A stretch of DNA of 64,000 nt, from IMG/VR virus record IMGVR_UViG_3300034022_000539. One strand, written 5' to 3'. This DNA is from a virus (taxonomy: Duplodnaviria; Heunggongvirae; Uroviricota; Caudoviricetes). The notes beneath the pieces were generated by a model that was not told the DNA's origin, did no database searches, and saw only the letters and a list, made by a program, of their open reading frames with translations. Made by a program: the position numbers and the translations under genes. Positions 45,743 to 56,152 of the stretch are shown here, piece by piece; the stretch's first letter is position 1; each line of letters begins with the position of its first letter.

Positions 45743-46626
45743 TTAATTGATTTTATCCAGGATAATAGGTTTGTTTCTGGTTTCCAACCTAATTGCCTAG
45801 TGATTTTTGTAATATCTGCAGCGGAACGCATAGGTTCCTCTCTTTTTTCTACATGTTTGATTTCACCACCAAATGCCTCAGCCACTTCAATAACTTGAGT
45901 TTCTGTACCAGATCCAACATTATAAATTGGCATAGTGGTCTTAAATTCGGCCTGACTACTCATTATAATAGCATTTACCACATCTTTAACATAAATCCAA
46001 TCTCTAGTTTGTGTGCCATCACCAGTTACGGTAATAGGTTGATAAGATTCATATTGTTGTAAGAATATGGGCACTGCACTTCGGTATCCACCAGTAGCCC
46101 TTTGACCTTCACCAAAGACATTAAAAAATCTTAGAGCTGTACACTTAAACTGAGGTTTATTATAACTCATCATCATGTGTTCCATTTCCAATTTAAATTC
46201 GGCATAAGGACTCATCGGATTAGGTGTATCACTCTCTTTTAATGGCACTTGTTCTGAATCACCATAGACCGCAGCAGTGGATGCAGCTACCATTGAAGTA
46301 GCTCCCATTTCATAAGCCCAACTCATAACTCTTCTACTTGCAACACATATGCCATTCCAATATTTCATTGGTTGTTCTATGCTTTCAGGTACACTAATCG
46401 GTGCAGCTAAATGAAATAGAGTATCAAATTTATAAGTTGGCAATTTACTACTAATAATATCAGTAGCTTCAATAATTAAATTTGGATGTGGTTCTAAATT
46501 GTCCATGTCACCAGTACTAAAATTATCAAGTACAATTACTGACCATCCATTGTTTAGTAATTCTTTAACCAGATATGAACCAATAAAACCAGCTCCACCT
46601 GTAACTACAGCTTTTCTATTCTCCAT
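45739..46626 (-). CDS. NAD-dependent sugar epimerase/dehydratase (GalE/WcaG-like), 295 aa
   Basis: Has VVTGGAGFIGSYLV Rossmann motif and an SDR-type fold. Confidence 0.75.
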   Translation of the reverse strand: MENRKAVVTGGAGFIGSYLVKELLNNGWSVIVLDNFSTGDMDNLEPHPNLIIEATDIISSKLPTYKFDTLFHLAAPISVPESIEQPMKYWNGICVASRRVMSWAYEMGATSMVAASTAAVYGDSEQVPLKESDTPNPMSPYAEFKLEMEHMMMSYNKPQFKCTALRFFNVFGEGQRATGGYRSAVPIFLQQYESYQPITVTGDGTQTRDWIYVKDVVNAIIMSSQAEFKTTMPIYNVGSGTETQVIEVAEAFGGEIKHVEKREEPMRSAADITKITRQLGWKPETNLLSWIKSIK

Positions 46627-49600
46627 ATAATTCTTTATTTATGACAGCAATAACTCTGTCTGATCCAATGGTTTTAGTACACTCAAATTGACGATGTGTT
46701 CCTTTCCATAAAGGGCACCAATTCCAGTCACCTTTGTCAAATGTATCCCAACCCCAACAACCATGACATACTTTATGATTGTTAATATAGATAGCTGATT
46801 CAAATTCCACATAAGGATCTGTAAAGCCACTAATAACAATTACTTTGGCTCCAAGTGCCCATGCGAACCAAGATAAGCCAGAGGAAATTCCAATAAACAG
46901 TTCGGCTTCATTAATAGCTCCTGCTACTAATGCCAACTCTTCTGGCAATTGTTTAACTCCTTTTAATTGACTACCTTCTTTACTAGCATGGTACACACTA
47001 ATCTCTTTACTATTACACCAGTCAATTGTTTCTTGCCATCCAGTAGGATTATTCCAGTACTTAGCTTGCGCTGTACTTTGGGTAGCGATTACAATAGAGC
47101 GTTTTTTTGCAGTAGACTTGATCAAGAATTCGCGCGCTAGTTGAGGTCTTTGTTCTACGTACTCAGTACCTAAGCGATCTGAGGCGATTTTCCCCAGAGG
47201 TATAGTCCTCCAGTCGTATTTATGTTCTGAACGTTTCCATGGTTCTTCCATGGTGTAAAAGACTCCGATAGTGATTAGCGCACCCTTGTTAGGCACTGAC
47301 CAGTCAATGATGTCTATGCCCTTTGAGCTATACCATGCTTTGTCAAACAGCCAGGGTTTGTGTGTCTTCACATATAATCGTGATAGCTTATGTGTGTCTA
47401 TCACTGTGTGCAGCTGTCCCATGAAGCTCAATGTGTCTCCAAGTGATGAACTTGCCATTTCCACTGTAAGTTCCTGGCCTTCAAGGCTCAGACGTTCTGA
47501 ATGAACTAGTTGGTCATTACTGTAAACCTTAACAGTCCACTGAGTCCACCAATTTCTTGCGGGCTTGTACCAGTTTCCTGCCTGTAAGTCTGTTGCGTTC
47601 CATACTAGATCTTCATGATCGTAGAACTCGGCCCGTAATTGAGTGCCTCCAGTTTCCTTGATCGTTAATTTCGGACCATCTTGATATTCTAATGTCCATT
47701 CAGGTTGTTTGTATATCGGAGCTTTTTGAGGGCCTCGTGGGGTAGTTAAACATTGTTGGTACCATTGGATATGCTGATCAGTGAAACGTTTTAGATCATC
47801 AGCTGGGATATTTTTTCCTTGTGCCTCGGATGATTTGAGTGTTTTGATTAATTGGTCAACATTTTCATGGAGATCGTTTGTGAATGGGACAATGTAAGGT
47901 GTAAACATGTCTTTATATTGCTCTAAGTCCCTAGAGAATGTGATTAGACCATGACCGATTGCTTCACGTAGTGCGAGTGGACTACACTCCCATGTTGAGT
48001 TAAACATAAATGCGTCACATGCACTCATAAAGACGTCAACATCGTTTCTCTCACCCCATACAGTAACATTACTTGGCAACTTCTTCATAATTGGTCCCCA
48101 ATATTGTTCGAAGTTTTCTGCTTGATTACCTACGAAATGAAATTGATACTTTCCAGGAAATCTAGCTTCAACTATTCTGGCAATATCAACACCTTCTGCT
48201 TGATTCTTACCTTGTGTCCAAAGACCTACATTTAATATATGTGTCTTATCAATGGCTAAACCTAATTTAGCTCTTGATTTTGCTTTATCAAACGCTGAAG
48301 GTTTTTGATTTAATATAGGATATTCTACAACTGGTTTTAAACCATCTCTATTTCCGAAAGTTTCTAAATGATATGGAGTACACATCATGTACATATCTGG
48401 ATCATTAATCTTATCGTTTGGATCAAACCAAATATTGTGAGATGTTTCTACAATTTTCCATTGCTTATTGTAAAGCCATTCCATTGCACTTTGATCAATT
48501 TTATTAAATCCATCAAATGATTCTGGACATTCATCAATATGAATAATATCTGGGTTTATTTCTAAAATCTTTGCCTTTAATCTTTCACCTCGTTCGGTAA
48601 TGTCTATTGAATTTAAGAATCCTAATGAATGAAATCTAGCACCTAATTTTTCTATAAGTTGATCTCGTTGCACATTGTAAATATCACTATATTGTGTATA
48701 CTCTACTAAGTGAATTTCATATTCTTTTACATCTAACATAGCTTCGACTCTCTTTAAGACAAATTGAGGCATGCCTCCTGTACTTAAATGTGGTGCTAAG
48801 AATAGTAATTTAGTTTTGTTTGTCATTTCTTTGGTATTAGGTTTCATATAGACATTGTCTACTAATAAGTCATTATACAAATCTATAACTGCATCGAATG
48901 TTTTATCTACTGTAGGATGACACTCGAATGTTGGTTTATATTCTAAACAATATAATTGTGGCGGAACAGCTTGAATAGTTCCATGTTCAATAATATTGTA
49001 TTTCATATTACTGGAACAGAAAATATCGCAACTTCCACCAATATATTTGTATTTATAATCTTGTGAACCCTTTCTATAAGGTGCTCTTAATTTTGGATCT
49101 ATTGAACTACCTAATTGAATAATATTTACGTCAGTAGTTCCTGCAATGTGCAATAAACCAGAATCCATAGTTACTATAGCTCTAGCTTTATGATTCATCA
49201 TCCATCTTAATTCAGCTGGATCATTTGTTGCATCATTAAGTAAGTTAACTCCAAGCTTTATATTCAAATCCATTACGGGTTTGTCTATTGAGAATGTACC
49301 GAATTCATGAGAATCTCGGCCAACCGCAACCACTGGAATACCTCTATCATTTAATTTATCAACAAGTTCTTGCCATTTATCTTGATCCCATGTTCTAGTT
49401 GCCCAGGTATAAGTTGGGTGTATTATAACATAGTTTTCAAATCCAAGATTTCTTTCACGTTCAATATACAAATCCATTTCCATTTCATCTTGAGTTAAAC
49501 TAAACCCTAATGAAACTGCATGAAATTGTCTAATATCCATATTAGAAGATCTGAATTCTACTTGTTCACCTCTTAGATCATATGCTTTGCCAACGATTGG

Positions 49601-49822
49601 CATAAATGTACGATAAACCTTTATGTCGGAGTCATATCTAAGAGGGTCATCCAACTTTAATGCTTTTGACACAAGTGGATGACCCTCAAATAAGAAAGGT
49701 TTACTAGAAAATACTATAAGTTGTGACTCACACGCTTTAGCTAACTTCCTAAGTGTAGGAATTGCTGCTATCGTGTCACCTAATGCAGGTGTATCTATAC
49801 ATATCGCAACTTGTTTTGACAT
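46616..49822 (-). CDS. three-module glycosyltransferase, 1068 aa: GT9 (heptosyltransferase-like) / GT4-like (E-x7-E) / GT9
   Basis: The N-module has LGDTIAAIPTLRKL (GT9 N-motif). The middle has WECSPLALREAIGHGL (the GT4 retaining-GT E-x7-E motif). The C-module has SLGDTLSFMGQL and GISSGLSWFAWALGAKVIVISGFTDP (GT9 C-motif). Confidence 0.75.
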   Translation of the reverse strand: MSKQVAICIDTPALGDTIAAIPTLRKLAKACESQLIVFSSKPFLFEGHPLVSKALKLDDPLRYDSDIKVYRTFMPIVGKAYDLRGEQVEFRSSNMDIRQFHAVSLGFSLTQDEMEMDLYIERERNLGFENYVIIHPTYTWATRTWDQDKWQELVDKLNDRGIPVVAVGRDSHEFGTFSIDKPVMDLNIKLGVNLLNDATNDPAELRWMMNHKARAIVTMDSGLLHIAGTTDVNIIQLGSSIDPKLRAPYRKGSQDYKYKYIGGSCDIFCSSNMKYNIIEHGTIQAVPPQLYCLEYKPTFECHPTVDKTFDAVIDLYNDLLVDNVYMKPNTKEMTNKTKLLFLAPHLSTGGMPQFVLKRVEAMLDVKEYEIHLVEYTQYSDIYNVQRDQLIEKLGARFHSLGFLNSIDITERGERLKAKILEINPDIIHIDECPESFDGFNKIDQSAMEWLYNKQWKIVETSHNIWFDPNDKINDPDMYMMCTPYHLETFGNRDGLKPVVEYPILNQKPSAFDKAKSRAKLGLAIDKTHILNVGLWTQGKNQAEGVDIARIVEARFPGKYQFHFVGNQAENFEQYWGPIMKKLPSNVTVWGERNDVDVFMSACDAFMFNSTWECSPLALREAIGHGLITFSRDLEQYKDMFTPYIVPFTNDLHENVDQLIKTLKSSEAQGKNIPADDLKRFTDQHIQWYQQCLTTPRGPQKAPIYKQPEWTLEYQDGPKLTIKETGGTQLRAEFYDHEDLVWNATDLQAGNWYKPARNWWTQWTVKVYSNDQLVHSERLSLEGQELTVEMASSSLGDTLSFMGQLHTVIDTHKLSRLYVKTHKPWLFDKAWYSSKGIDIIDWSVPNKGALITIGVFYTMEEPWKRSEHKYDWRTIPLGKIASDRLGTEYVEQRPQLAREFLIKSTAKKRSIVIATQSTAQAKYWNNPTGWQETIDWCNSKEISVYHASKEGSQLKGVKQLPEELALVAGAINEAELFIGISSGLSWFAWALGAKVIVISGFTDPYVEFESAIYINNHKVCHGCWGWDTFDKGDWNWCPLWKGTHRQFECTKTIGSDRVIAVINKELYGE

Positions 49823-49825
49823 GTA

Positions 49826-50215
49826 TTAGTATGATTCATAGGATTTCTCTTCTACAAATAAAGATCCCGTTAACAAATTGATTTTTTTCTTGACATCAGA
49901 TCTGTCATCATTTGTGTAATACACTGATCTTGCCAATTCAACGAAGTCTTCACCAAATGATTCTCGACGTTCGCATTCACGAATCATATCTTCAATATTC
50001 CAAAGGGTTTTATTTACATTAAATAAATCTTTATGTAATACATCTAATTCGCGATAGTCATCAGCTTCATTGTAGATGTGATCTACGACAGATTTAAGTG
50101 AATCATACTCTTTTTGAATGTTTGCTAATTTTTCAGGATCAGAAATCTCTTTAAGTTTGATTTCTAAAATAGTAAATTTATCAATAATCTCTCCGTTTGA
50201 TACCTCGATTTTCAT
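49826..50215 (-). CDS. hypothetical protein (129 aa)
   Basis: ORF. Confidence 0.5.
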   Translation of the reverse strand: MKIEVSNGEIIDKFTILEIKLKEISDPEKLANIQKEYDSLKSVVDHIYNEADDYRELDVLHKDLFNVNKTLWNIEDMIRECERRESFGEDFVELARSVYYTNDDRSDVKKKINLLTGSLFVEEKSYESY

Positions 50216-50421
50216 TATTTAGCTTTTTTATCTGTGAAAGGTTTTGTTAACAATTCTGCTGCAGCTGCAACAAATACTGAATCTCGTACACTTAATACTC
50301 CTGCTCCTTGAGCTGCATTAGCTGCTTGAATTAAAATATTAAGAGCTTGTACATCGGTCATAGTTTTCACTTCTTCGAAAGGTGAAACCTGTGGTTTTTC
50401 TTGTGTTGTTTGTTCTGACAT
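50215..50421 (-). CDS. small hypothetical protein (68 aa)
   Basis: ORF with a 1-nt overlap. Confidence 0.4.
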   Translation of the reverse strand: MSEQTTQEKPQVSPFEEVKTMTDVQALNILIQAANAAQGAGVLSVRDSVFVAAAAELLTKPFTDKKAK

Positions 50422-50479
50422 TTTTAAATAGTTTAATACTTATACCAAATTTATACTAATAGTTTATATTGGGGATTAA

Positions 50480-51445
50480 TTATAAACCCAATAGCATTGT
50501 AATTAATTCTTGTTGTGGAAATACATCTGATTTATCTTTTCTAACTTGACCATGTGTTAATACACCTTTGATCTTTCCTAGATTTGCATCTTCGCTATAG
50601 TCAAAAGCATTAGCATTACCAGGAATTGGATAATATTGAGAAATACCTGGTTTTGTTGAACTAGTTAATTTTTCAACTATACCTGATTTTAAATTAATAC
50701 CATGTTTATCTGCTATTAATAACAATAATGCTTTAGTAGCTTTAATTTGTTCTGGTGAATATTTATGATAATATTTAAAACCTCTATATTCAGAATCTAA
50801 TCTTGCGACTTGTGATTCATGAACTTGAGCACCATACCATGTGTAATATTTACCATCTTTTTCTGTTAAACATCCTGCAGAACAGATTTCTATACTAATA
50901 GAACCCTTATGCATTTTTGAAGATTTGACAGCACCTAAATGATAACCCCAATATTCATCTTTAATGGCTTGTAAAATTTTACCATCCCATTCAGATTCTT
51001 TTTCTGTTAGTTTATTCATATCTACAGTTGATGGAATTCCACCAATAACATAATGTGTTCCTATTCTACCACGTTGATCCTTAGCCCATTGGTCAATTGT
51101 ATCTTTTGGATTATGTCTACCTGCGGTATGATGTAAAAATATCCATTCTTTGTGAGTTGTCTCTTTAAGGTATTCACCTTCTGGTAAAAGATGTTGTTGA
51201 ATCCATGTTGCACCAGTGGCAACATCAGTATCAGCATCTAATTCAAGTGGATTATATTTAAGAGTTTTCCAAGTTAATGGTCCTACTGTACCATCTGCTT
51301 TTAAACCATTAGCTTTTTGAAATTTAATTACAGCAGCATGCGTATCGTTACCAAATTCTCCATCTACTTTAAGATCTAATAGTTCTTGAAGAACTCTTAC
51401 TAGATCACCAGTTTGGCCTAATTTTAAAATGTATTTGCTTTGCAT
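50480..51445 (-). CDS. endolysin: N-terminal peptidoglycan-binding domain + N-acetylmuramoyl-L-alanine amidase (amidase_2/PGRP-like), 321 aa
   Basis: Has a PG_binding_1 signature (LQELLDLKVDGEFGNDTHAAVIKFQKANGLKADGTVGPLTW) and IFLHHTAG (amidase_2). Confidence 0.75.
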   Translation of the reverse strand: MQSKYILKLGQTGDLVRVLQELLDLKVDGEFGNDTHAAVIKFQKANGLKADGTVGPLTWKTLKYNPLELDADTDVATGATWIQQHLLPEGEYLKETTHKEWIFLHHTAGRHNPKDTIDQWAKDQRGRIGTHYVIGGIPSTVDMNKLTEKESEWDGKILQAIKDEYWGYHLGAVKSSKMHKGSISIEICSAGCLTEKDGKYYTWYGAQVHESQVARLDSEYRGFKYYHKYSPEQIKATKALLLLIADKHGINLKSGIVEKLTSSTKPGISQYYPIPGNANAFDYSEDANLGKIKGVLTHGQVRKDKSDVFPQQELITMLLGL

Positions 51446-51858
51446 AATTGTTCTGTTTTTTTGTGAAATTTATCTATTAACATATATATTTCCTTTTTAC
51501 TTGAACACACATGTCTAAAAGAAAAGACTTCCCTGACATTCTCTTTTAATATTATCTTATAAGAAATTGAAAATAGTGGTCTTTGTTTGTACTTATCGAT
51601 CATTGATTTAACAACACCTATTTGTTGTTTTGCTTTACCGCAATATCCATGTTGGACACTAATATATGCACTTACGTCATATAGCGGATGATCTTCTAAT
51701 GAAATGAAATAGTGCATAGCCTTCAATTCATTCGTTATTAAATATAACGAATGAATTGTGTTAGGATGCTCATTAATAACTTTGAGGAAAGTTTCTTTTT
51801 CTAATGGCTTTGAAATATAAAGATCTTCAATATTGATCTTAAGTCTATTTGTTAGCAT
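51424..51858 (-). CDS. hypothetical protein (144 aa)
   Basis: ORF. Confidence 0.5.
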   Translation of the reverse strand: MLTNRLKINIEDLYISKPLEKETFLKVINEHPNTIHSLYLITNELKAMHYFISLEDHPLYDVSAYISVQHGYCGKAKQQIGVVKSMIDKYKQRPLFSISYKIILKENVREVFSFRHVCSSKKEIYMLIDKFHKKTEQLCKANTF

Positions 51859-52894
51859 TTTTATTGTTTATAAAAGCTTCCATTTCTTCTTTGGCTTTTT
51901 TAGCCATGGCTTCATTCCAAAGTTGGTCTTCGCTTTTAGGTTGATCTTCATTTGTTGGTAAATGCGGTGTAGATATTTTTTGTACTATTGAACCCACTGA
52001 TGTTGGATTTACATTTGTATTCTCATCATCAATTTCCAATTCAAGTATGTCTAACATATCGTTTTCACGTACTTCAACTTCTTCTAATGTTGAATCATCT
52101 GGGCCTTCTGTACCTTTAATACCTATTGGTCCTTCCCACCATGGTTTTTCTTGTAATTCTTCTGGAGTTGCAAATGGTTCTGGTACAGTTTCATTAATAA
52201 GATCTTCAATTAATTTTTCATCGTAATCTTCATCTTCTAATCCATCCATTAAAGTCTGATCCCATATTTCATCATATAATCCAAGCTCTTGATCATTTTT
52301 CATCATCTCAGCAAGAATTTCTGCTCTTTCTTCTTTAGTAGGTTCTTTTACAAATTGCTCAATATCTTCAAAATATTCTTCTGATGGTGCTTTATCAAAT
52401 CCATGGGGCATTTCCATATTTTCACCTAATATACCATCTGTTAATGCTTCTTGTTCATCTTCTTCTGGTTTAATATAATCGACTAGTGATTTAATAAATC
52501 CTAATGCAATTAATGGTAAAATAGCTCCAGAAACAAATGCTAAAATTCTTTTTTGGTAAAGTGGATCTTCTTCTATTAAATTAAATAATTGTGACCAATT
52601 TGTGTAATCTTTTAAATTAACAAACGCATAATACATGTTACCTTGCATCTGCATTAAAGTAATTGTAATGAATAATGCCCACACTAGAGTTTTATTCATT
52701 TTCTTTAATATAACTAATGATGCTAATGATGCTGCTGCACCCACCTCAAATCCGACTGCTAAAGTCACTGCTAACCAATATGGATTTGACAATTCAAAGA
52801 AGTCAATAACGTGAATTGTTGAAATCACAGAAACCAATAAGTATAAAGATACAAAGGTTCCTACTACAAAATTTCTTACTAATTTATCTTTCAT
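51845..52894 (-). CDS. membrane protein with acidic C-terminal region (349 aa)
   Basis: Has 4-5 N-terminal TM helices followed by a long acidic tail. Confidence 0.6.
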   Translation of the reverse strand: MKDKLVRNFVVGTFVSLYLLVSVISTIHVIDFFELSNPYWLAVTLAVGFEVGAAASLASLVILKKMNKTLVWALFITITLMQMQGNMYYAFVNLKDYTNWSQLFNLIEEDPLYQKRILAFVSGAILPLIALGFIKSLVDYIKPEEDEQEALTDGILGENMEMPHGFDKAPSEEYFEDIEQFVKEPTKEERAEILAEMMKNDQELGLYDEIWDQTLMDGLEDEDYDEKLIEDLINETVPEPFATPEELQEKPWWEGPIGIKGTEGPDDSTLEEVEVRENDMLDILELEIDDENTNVNPTSVGSIVQKISTPHLPTNEDQPKSEDQLWNEAMAKKAKEEMEAFINNKNANK

Positions 52895-52905
52895 AATTTT
52901 TGTTT

Positions 52906-53268
52906 TTATTTATCCCATTTACCTAATGGACATATAGAATGTGGTGACATAGATTTTGCAGATATATTACATCCGCATCCTTTTACTATTTCGCCAGTTA
53001 CATTATTTTTCATTTGCTTCCTTGGATCACATGAATTACCAGTTCTCATATAACATGAATTACAGTGTATTAAACGCAAGCGACTAATCTCTTTAGTCTC
53101 TGCATCTAGTAAACCAAACACATCTTTAAACCTATTGCCCCATCCAGAAAGGATTTGACTAATTTGAGATGTTTCCTCTTGTGGTGTCTCAATACTAGAT
53201 GGTGGTGGAGTATTGTTTATCTTATTAAGATCTTCGTTAAAATTCTGTGTTTTATCTTCGGATGCCAT
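52906..53268 (-). CDS. Cys-rich small protein (120 aa; CxxC pairs)
   Basis: ORF containing CNSCYMRTGNSC and CGCNISAKSMSPHSIC. Confidence 0.5.
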   Translation of the reverse strand: MASEDKTQNFNEDLNKINNTPPPSSIETPQEETSQISQILSGWGNRFKDVFGLLDAETKEISRLRLIHCNSCYMRTGNSCDPRKQMKNNVTGEIVKGCGCNISAKSMSPHSICPLGKWDK

Positions 53269-53273
53269 GATTA

Positions 53274-53558
53274 TTATTTGCTAAGTTTTTCTATTTCTTT
53301 TTCGATTACATTTTGACGTTGAACATCTAACATTTTACGATCAGTTGCTTGAATCATTCTTTTTTCAACCTTTAAACCTTCGATTTGTAATTGCTTCGAG
53401 GTTGGTAAAGTATTGATAATTTCTTGATTTGCCTTAGCTTCTTTTTTTAATTTGCTGACTTCAGAATCAATGCTACATGATTTCATGTAAGTTAACAATA
53501 GTAATACTAATACAATCTTTGTACCGTGATTTTCCAGGAATTGATTAAATTTGTTCAT
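53274..53558 (-). CDS. small exported/lipoprotein-like coiled-coil protein (94 aa)
   Basis: Has an N-terminal signal-like segment LVLLLLTYMKSCS. Confidence 0.5.
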   Translation of the reverse strand: MNKFNQFLENHGTKIVLVLLLLTYMKSCSIDSEVSKLKKEAKANQEIINTLPTSKQLQIEGLKVEKRMIQATDRKMLDVQRQNVIEKEIEKLSK

Positions 53559-53573
53559 GACTTTGTGTTTTAT

Positions 53574-54335
53574 TTATATATTAAATTTTTCTTTAAACAT
53601 TTTTCTTCTTCTCATGAATTCTTTTGAATAGAATTCTAAATCTTGTTGTGTTAATGAGAAACATTGTGGTAAATTATCTTCTTCGTTTGCGATCCAAATT
53701 TCTGCTCCATCTGCCTTAATACCAGTTCTATCCCAATATGCTATAAAATAAGCACCTGTTTGAATGAAATAATCTTGAATCCAATGTTCTTGTTTTGGTT
53801 TACGTGAATTTTTGTAGTCAATGATCTTAATCAAATTATCTGTCATTTCAGATATGTTATCTACTGTACCTGCCCAACCTCCAGCTTTTGTAGTCCATAA
53901 GAATGTTTCAGCTTCTAATACTTTTTTAATTCTGTCAAAATAATCTGAACTATTAAAGTAGAATTTGTAAAAGAATTTCCAAGCTTCTGCTAAGTACAAA
54001 GCTCCGTTCTCATCATCACTGAATTGGTTGCACTCATCATCTTCTTTTGCCAAATCTTTAAGAATAATAAGCCTTTCGTTAGCTTCGCCAGAAGTGCCCT
54101 TATATAGTTCTATAAGTCTGTGCATAATAGTACCTCTATTCATAGATAGCGTTGAAATTCGATCAGCTTCTGCTTCACCGACTTTTTGACGCCATTTGTC
54201 CAATCCAGATTGATCTTTAGTTTGACCTAAAACTGTGGTAACAGATGGTAATTTAGCTATTACTGTATCGCCTTCGGTAACTTGATAAAATCTAAGACCA
54301 TCTTCATGAACTCGTACTATTTTATACTGATCCAA
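53574..54335 (-). CDS. YqaJ/lambda-exonuclease-like PD-(D/E)xK recombination exonuclease (253 aa)
   Basis: Has LPSVTTVLG...GLDKWRQ...GTIMHRLIE and IIDYK (E/D-x-K), typical of the YqaJ viral recombinase family. Confidence 0.6.
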   Translation of the reverse strand: MDQYKIVRVHEDGLRFYQVTEGDTVIAKLPSVTTVLGQTKDQSGLDKWRQKVGEAEADRISTLSMNRGTIMHRLIELYKGTSGEANERLIILKDLAKEDDECNQFSDDENGALYLAEAWKFFYKFYFNSSDYFDRIKKVLEAETFLWTTKAGGWAGTVDNISEMTDNLIKIIDYKNSRKPKQEHWIQDYFIQTGAYFIAYWDRTGIKADGAEIWIANEEDNLPQCFSLTQQDLEFYSKEFMRRRKMFKEKFNI

Positions 54336-54824
54336 TTAGTTTAAGATTACGTGTGTAAATTTATCCCATAATGCAACCCAAAGATCTAGATTAACAAAGA
54401 TAAATTTATAAATGAAGAATAATAAAGTTCCAACAATTGCTGATTTTAAAATATTACCAAGAATAGGCAATATTGCAAGTTCGTCAAAAACTGGCCATAA
54501 TATAACCAAGTATGATGCTGATTGTGGTAGCTTTTGAATTTGTGGATATACCATATCTGCTAAACCAATTTGTAACATATAGTTACCATAAGTTGAGATC
54601 TTATTAAGAACATACGCTTGTTGAATTTCACCTGAAGCTGTTTGTACTTCTTCTGGTAAATTAACTACACCATAAATTCTTCCTAACCAGTCAACTCTCA
54701 ATTGAAAATCTTTATTCAATTGATCTTTATATTGATTTGCAGTTCTACGAAAGATCCACCATATTCTGACATCTTTGGAGAGTTCTCGCCAAAAACTAAA
54801 TGTACTTAAAAATGATTTCCACAT
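54336..54824 (-). CDS. hypothetical membrane protein (162 aa)
   Basis: ORF with a C-terminal hydrophobic segment. Confidence 0.5.
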   Translation of the reverse strand: MWKSFLSTFSFWRELSKDVRIWWIFRRTANQYKDQLNKDFQLRVDWLGRIYGVVNLPEEVQTASGEIQQAYVLNKISTYGNYMLQIGLADMVYPQIQKLPQSASYLVILWPVFDELAILPILGNILKSAIVGTLLFFIYKFIFVNLDLWVALWDKFTHVILN

Positions 54825-54825
54825 A

Positions 54826-55110
54826 TTAATTAATTTTAGTAAATTCTTTTAATTGGTCCATGCTTTTTGTACCTGTAGTTCTGTCAATTAATTGACCATC
54901 TTCCATGTACAATAATGCTGGTATTGATCTAACACCATATTCTGCTGATAAATCTTGGTGTTCATCAACGTTTACTTTAACTACTTTTACATCAGTAATT
55001 TCAGTTTCATATTTCTCTAGAGTTTTACCTAAGACTCTGCATGGTCCACACCAATCTGCGTAAAAATCTACAAGTACTCTTCCTGTTTTAATTTGTTCTT
55101 TAATTTCCAT
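54826..55110 (-). CDS. thioredoxin (94 aa; WCGPC)
   Basis: Has the canonical VDFYADWCGPCR active site. Confidence 0.85.
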   Translation of the reverse strand: MEIKEQIKTGRVLVDFYADWCGPCRVLGKTLEKYETEITDVKVVKVNVDEHQDLSAEYGVRSIPALLYMEDGQLIDRTTGTKSMDQLKEFTKIN

Positions 55111-55113
55111 GTT

Positions 55114-55332
55114 CTAATATTGTAATGTCCATTCTGTTAATAATTCATTGTCTGTTAATCTAATAAACGTGTCCAATGACATATTAATAGCAACCTGACC
55201 TTCCATTGTTAATACCTTAGTATATTCTACTGAATCTTCAAAAGCTTGCTCAGCATCACCTTGATATTTTTCAGAGCTAATTTTAATAAGGTTCTCAATA
55301 GCTTCTTCTTGTATCCAAATTTGTATATTCAT
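55114..55332 (-). CDS. small hypothetical protein (72 aa)
   Basis: ORF. Confidence 0.45.
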   Translation of the reverse strand: MNIQIWIQEEAIENLIKISSEKYQGDAEQAFEDSVEYTKVLTMEGQVAINMSLDTFIRLTDNELLTEWTLQY

Positions 55333-55372
55333 AACTAATGTTTAGTTTTATATGAGGTAATATTGAAATGTT

Positions 55373-56074
55373 TCAAAATATTCGTTTATTCTGTATTTTG
55401 TAAAAAGTGTCATCATCCATAGATAAAAATTCTTTATAGTGTAAATGATGAATAAATTTACTTGATTCATCAAACTTCAATATCTTTTGTGCTATTTTAT
55501 TATTATGAGGAGTGTCTTTGACATTAATTCTATAAAGATAATTTTCTGTAAGAGGTTGTTTTCTTTCATTATATGTTAAATCAGTTTCTTGTGATATTTC
55601 ACCGACTTGTTTTTTAATGTAACCTATTTTTACAAATACTGAACTTTCTATTGGACCTCTTTGACATTCATATTCTGATTCATCTTTTCCTTTATTATAT
55701 TCTCTTAGTTCACTTTTAGATGGAAATTGAAATGAATGATCAATTTTATCAAACATAGTAAGATCTACTAATATGTGGTGTTTGTTTAAAGCAGCATCAT
55801 GTAAAGTATTCAAATCTTGTTCAATTGTATTCCAATTTGTAAATTCATTCCAGTTATGAATTAAGATTAAATCAATATCCCATGTATTAAAATCCCATAA
55901 ACATCCTCCAGTAAGGTGTACATTATATTTTTCAAGTAAATGAGAAATTGATTCATCTTGAAAAAATCTTGCTATCTTTTCAAAAGATGGTCTACTCCAT
56001 GGAATTGTTGTAGTAACAGAACCTACTTGATAAAAAAACTTTTGACCAGATTGTGAAGTTAGATCGAATGCCAT
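55373..56074 (-). CDS. hypothetical protein (233 aa)
   Basis: ORF. Confidence 0.55.
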   Translation of the reverse strand: MAFDLTSQSGQKFFYQVGSVTTTIPWSRPSFEKIARFFQDESISHLLEKYNVHLTGGCLWDFNTWDIDLILIHNWNEFTNWNTIEQDLNTLHDAALNKHHILVDLTMFDKIDHSFQFPSKSELREYNKGKDESEYECQRGPIESSVFVKIGYIKKQVGEISQETDLTYNERKQPLTENYLYRINVKDTPHNNKIAQKILKFDESSKFIHHLHYKEFLSMDDDTFYKIQNKRIF

Positions 56075-56111
56075 GTTTAAGATTATTTTAAATATTTATC
56101 TAACTAAAAAA

Positions 56112-56130
56112 GGGCACTAAATTAGTGCCC
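56112..56130 (-). terminator. rho-independent terminator GGGCACTA-aat-TAGTGCCC + T6 (minus sense)
   Basis: A perfect 8-bp stem. A6 precedes it on the plus strand and T6 follows on the minus strand. Confidence 0.75.
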
Positions 56131-56152
56131 TTAAGTTTATTGTTTGTTTGGT

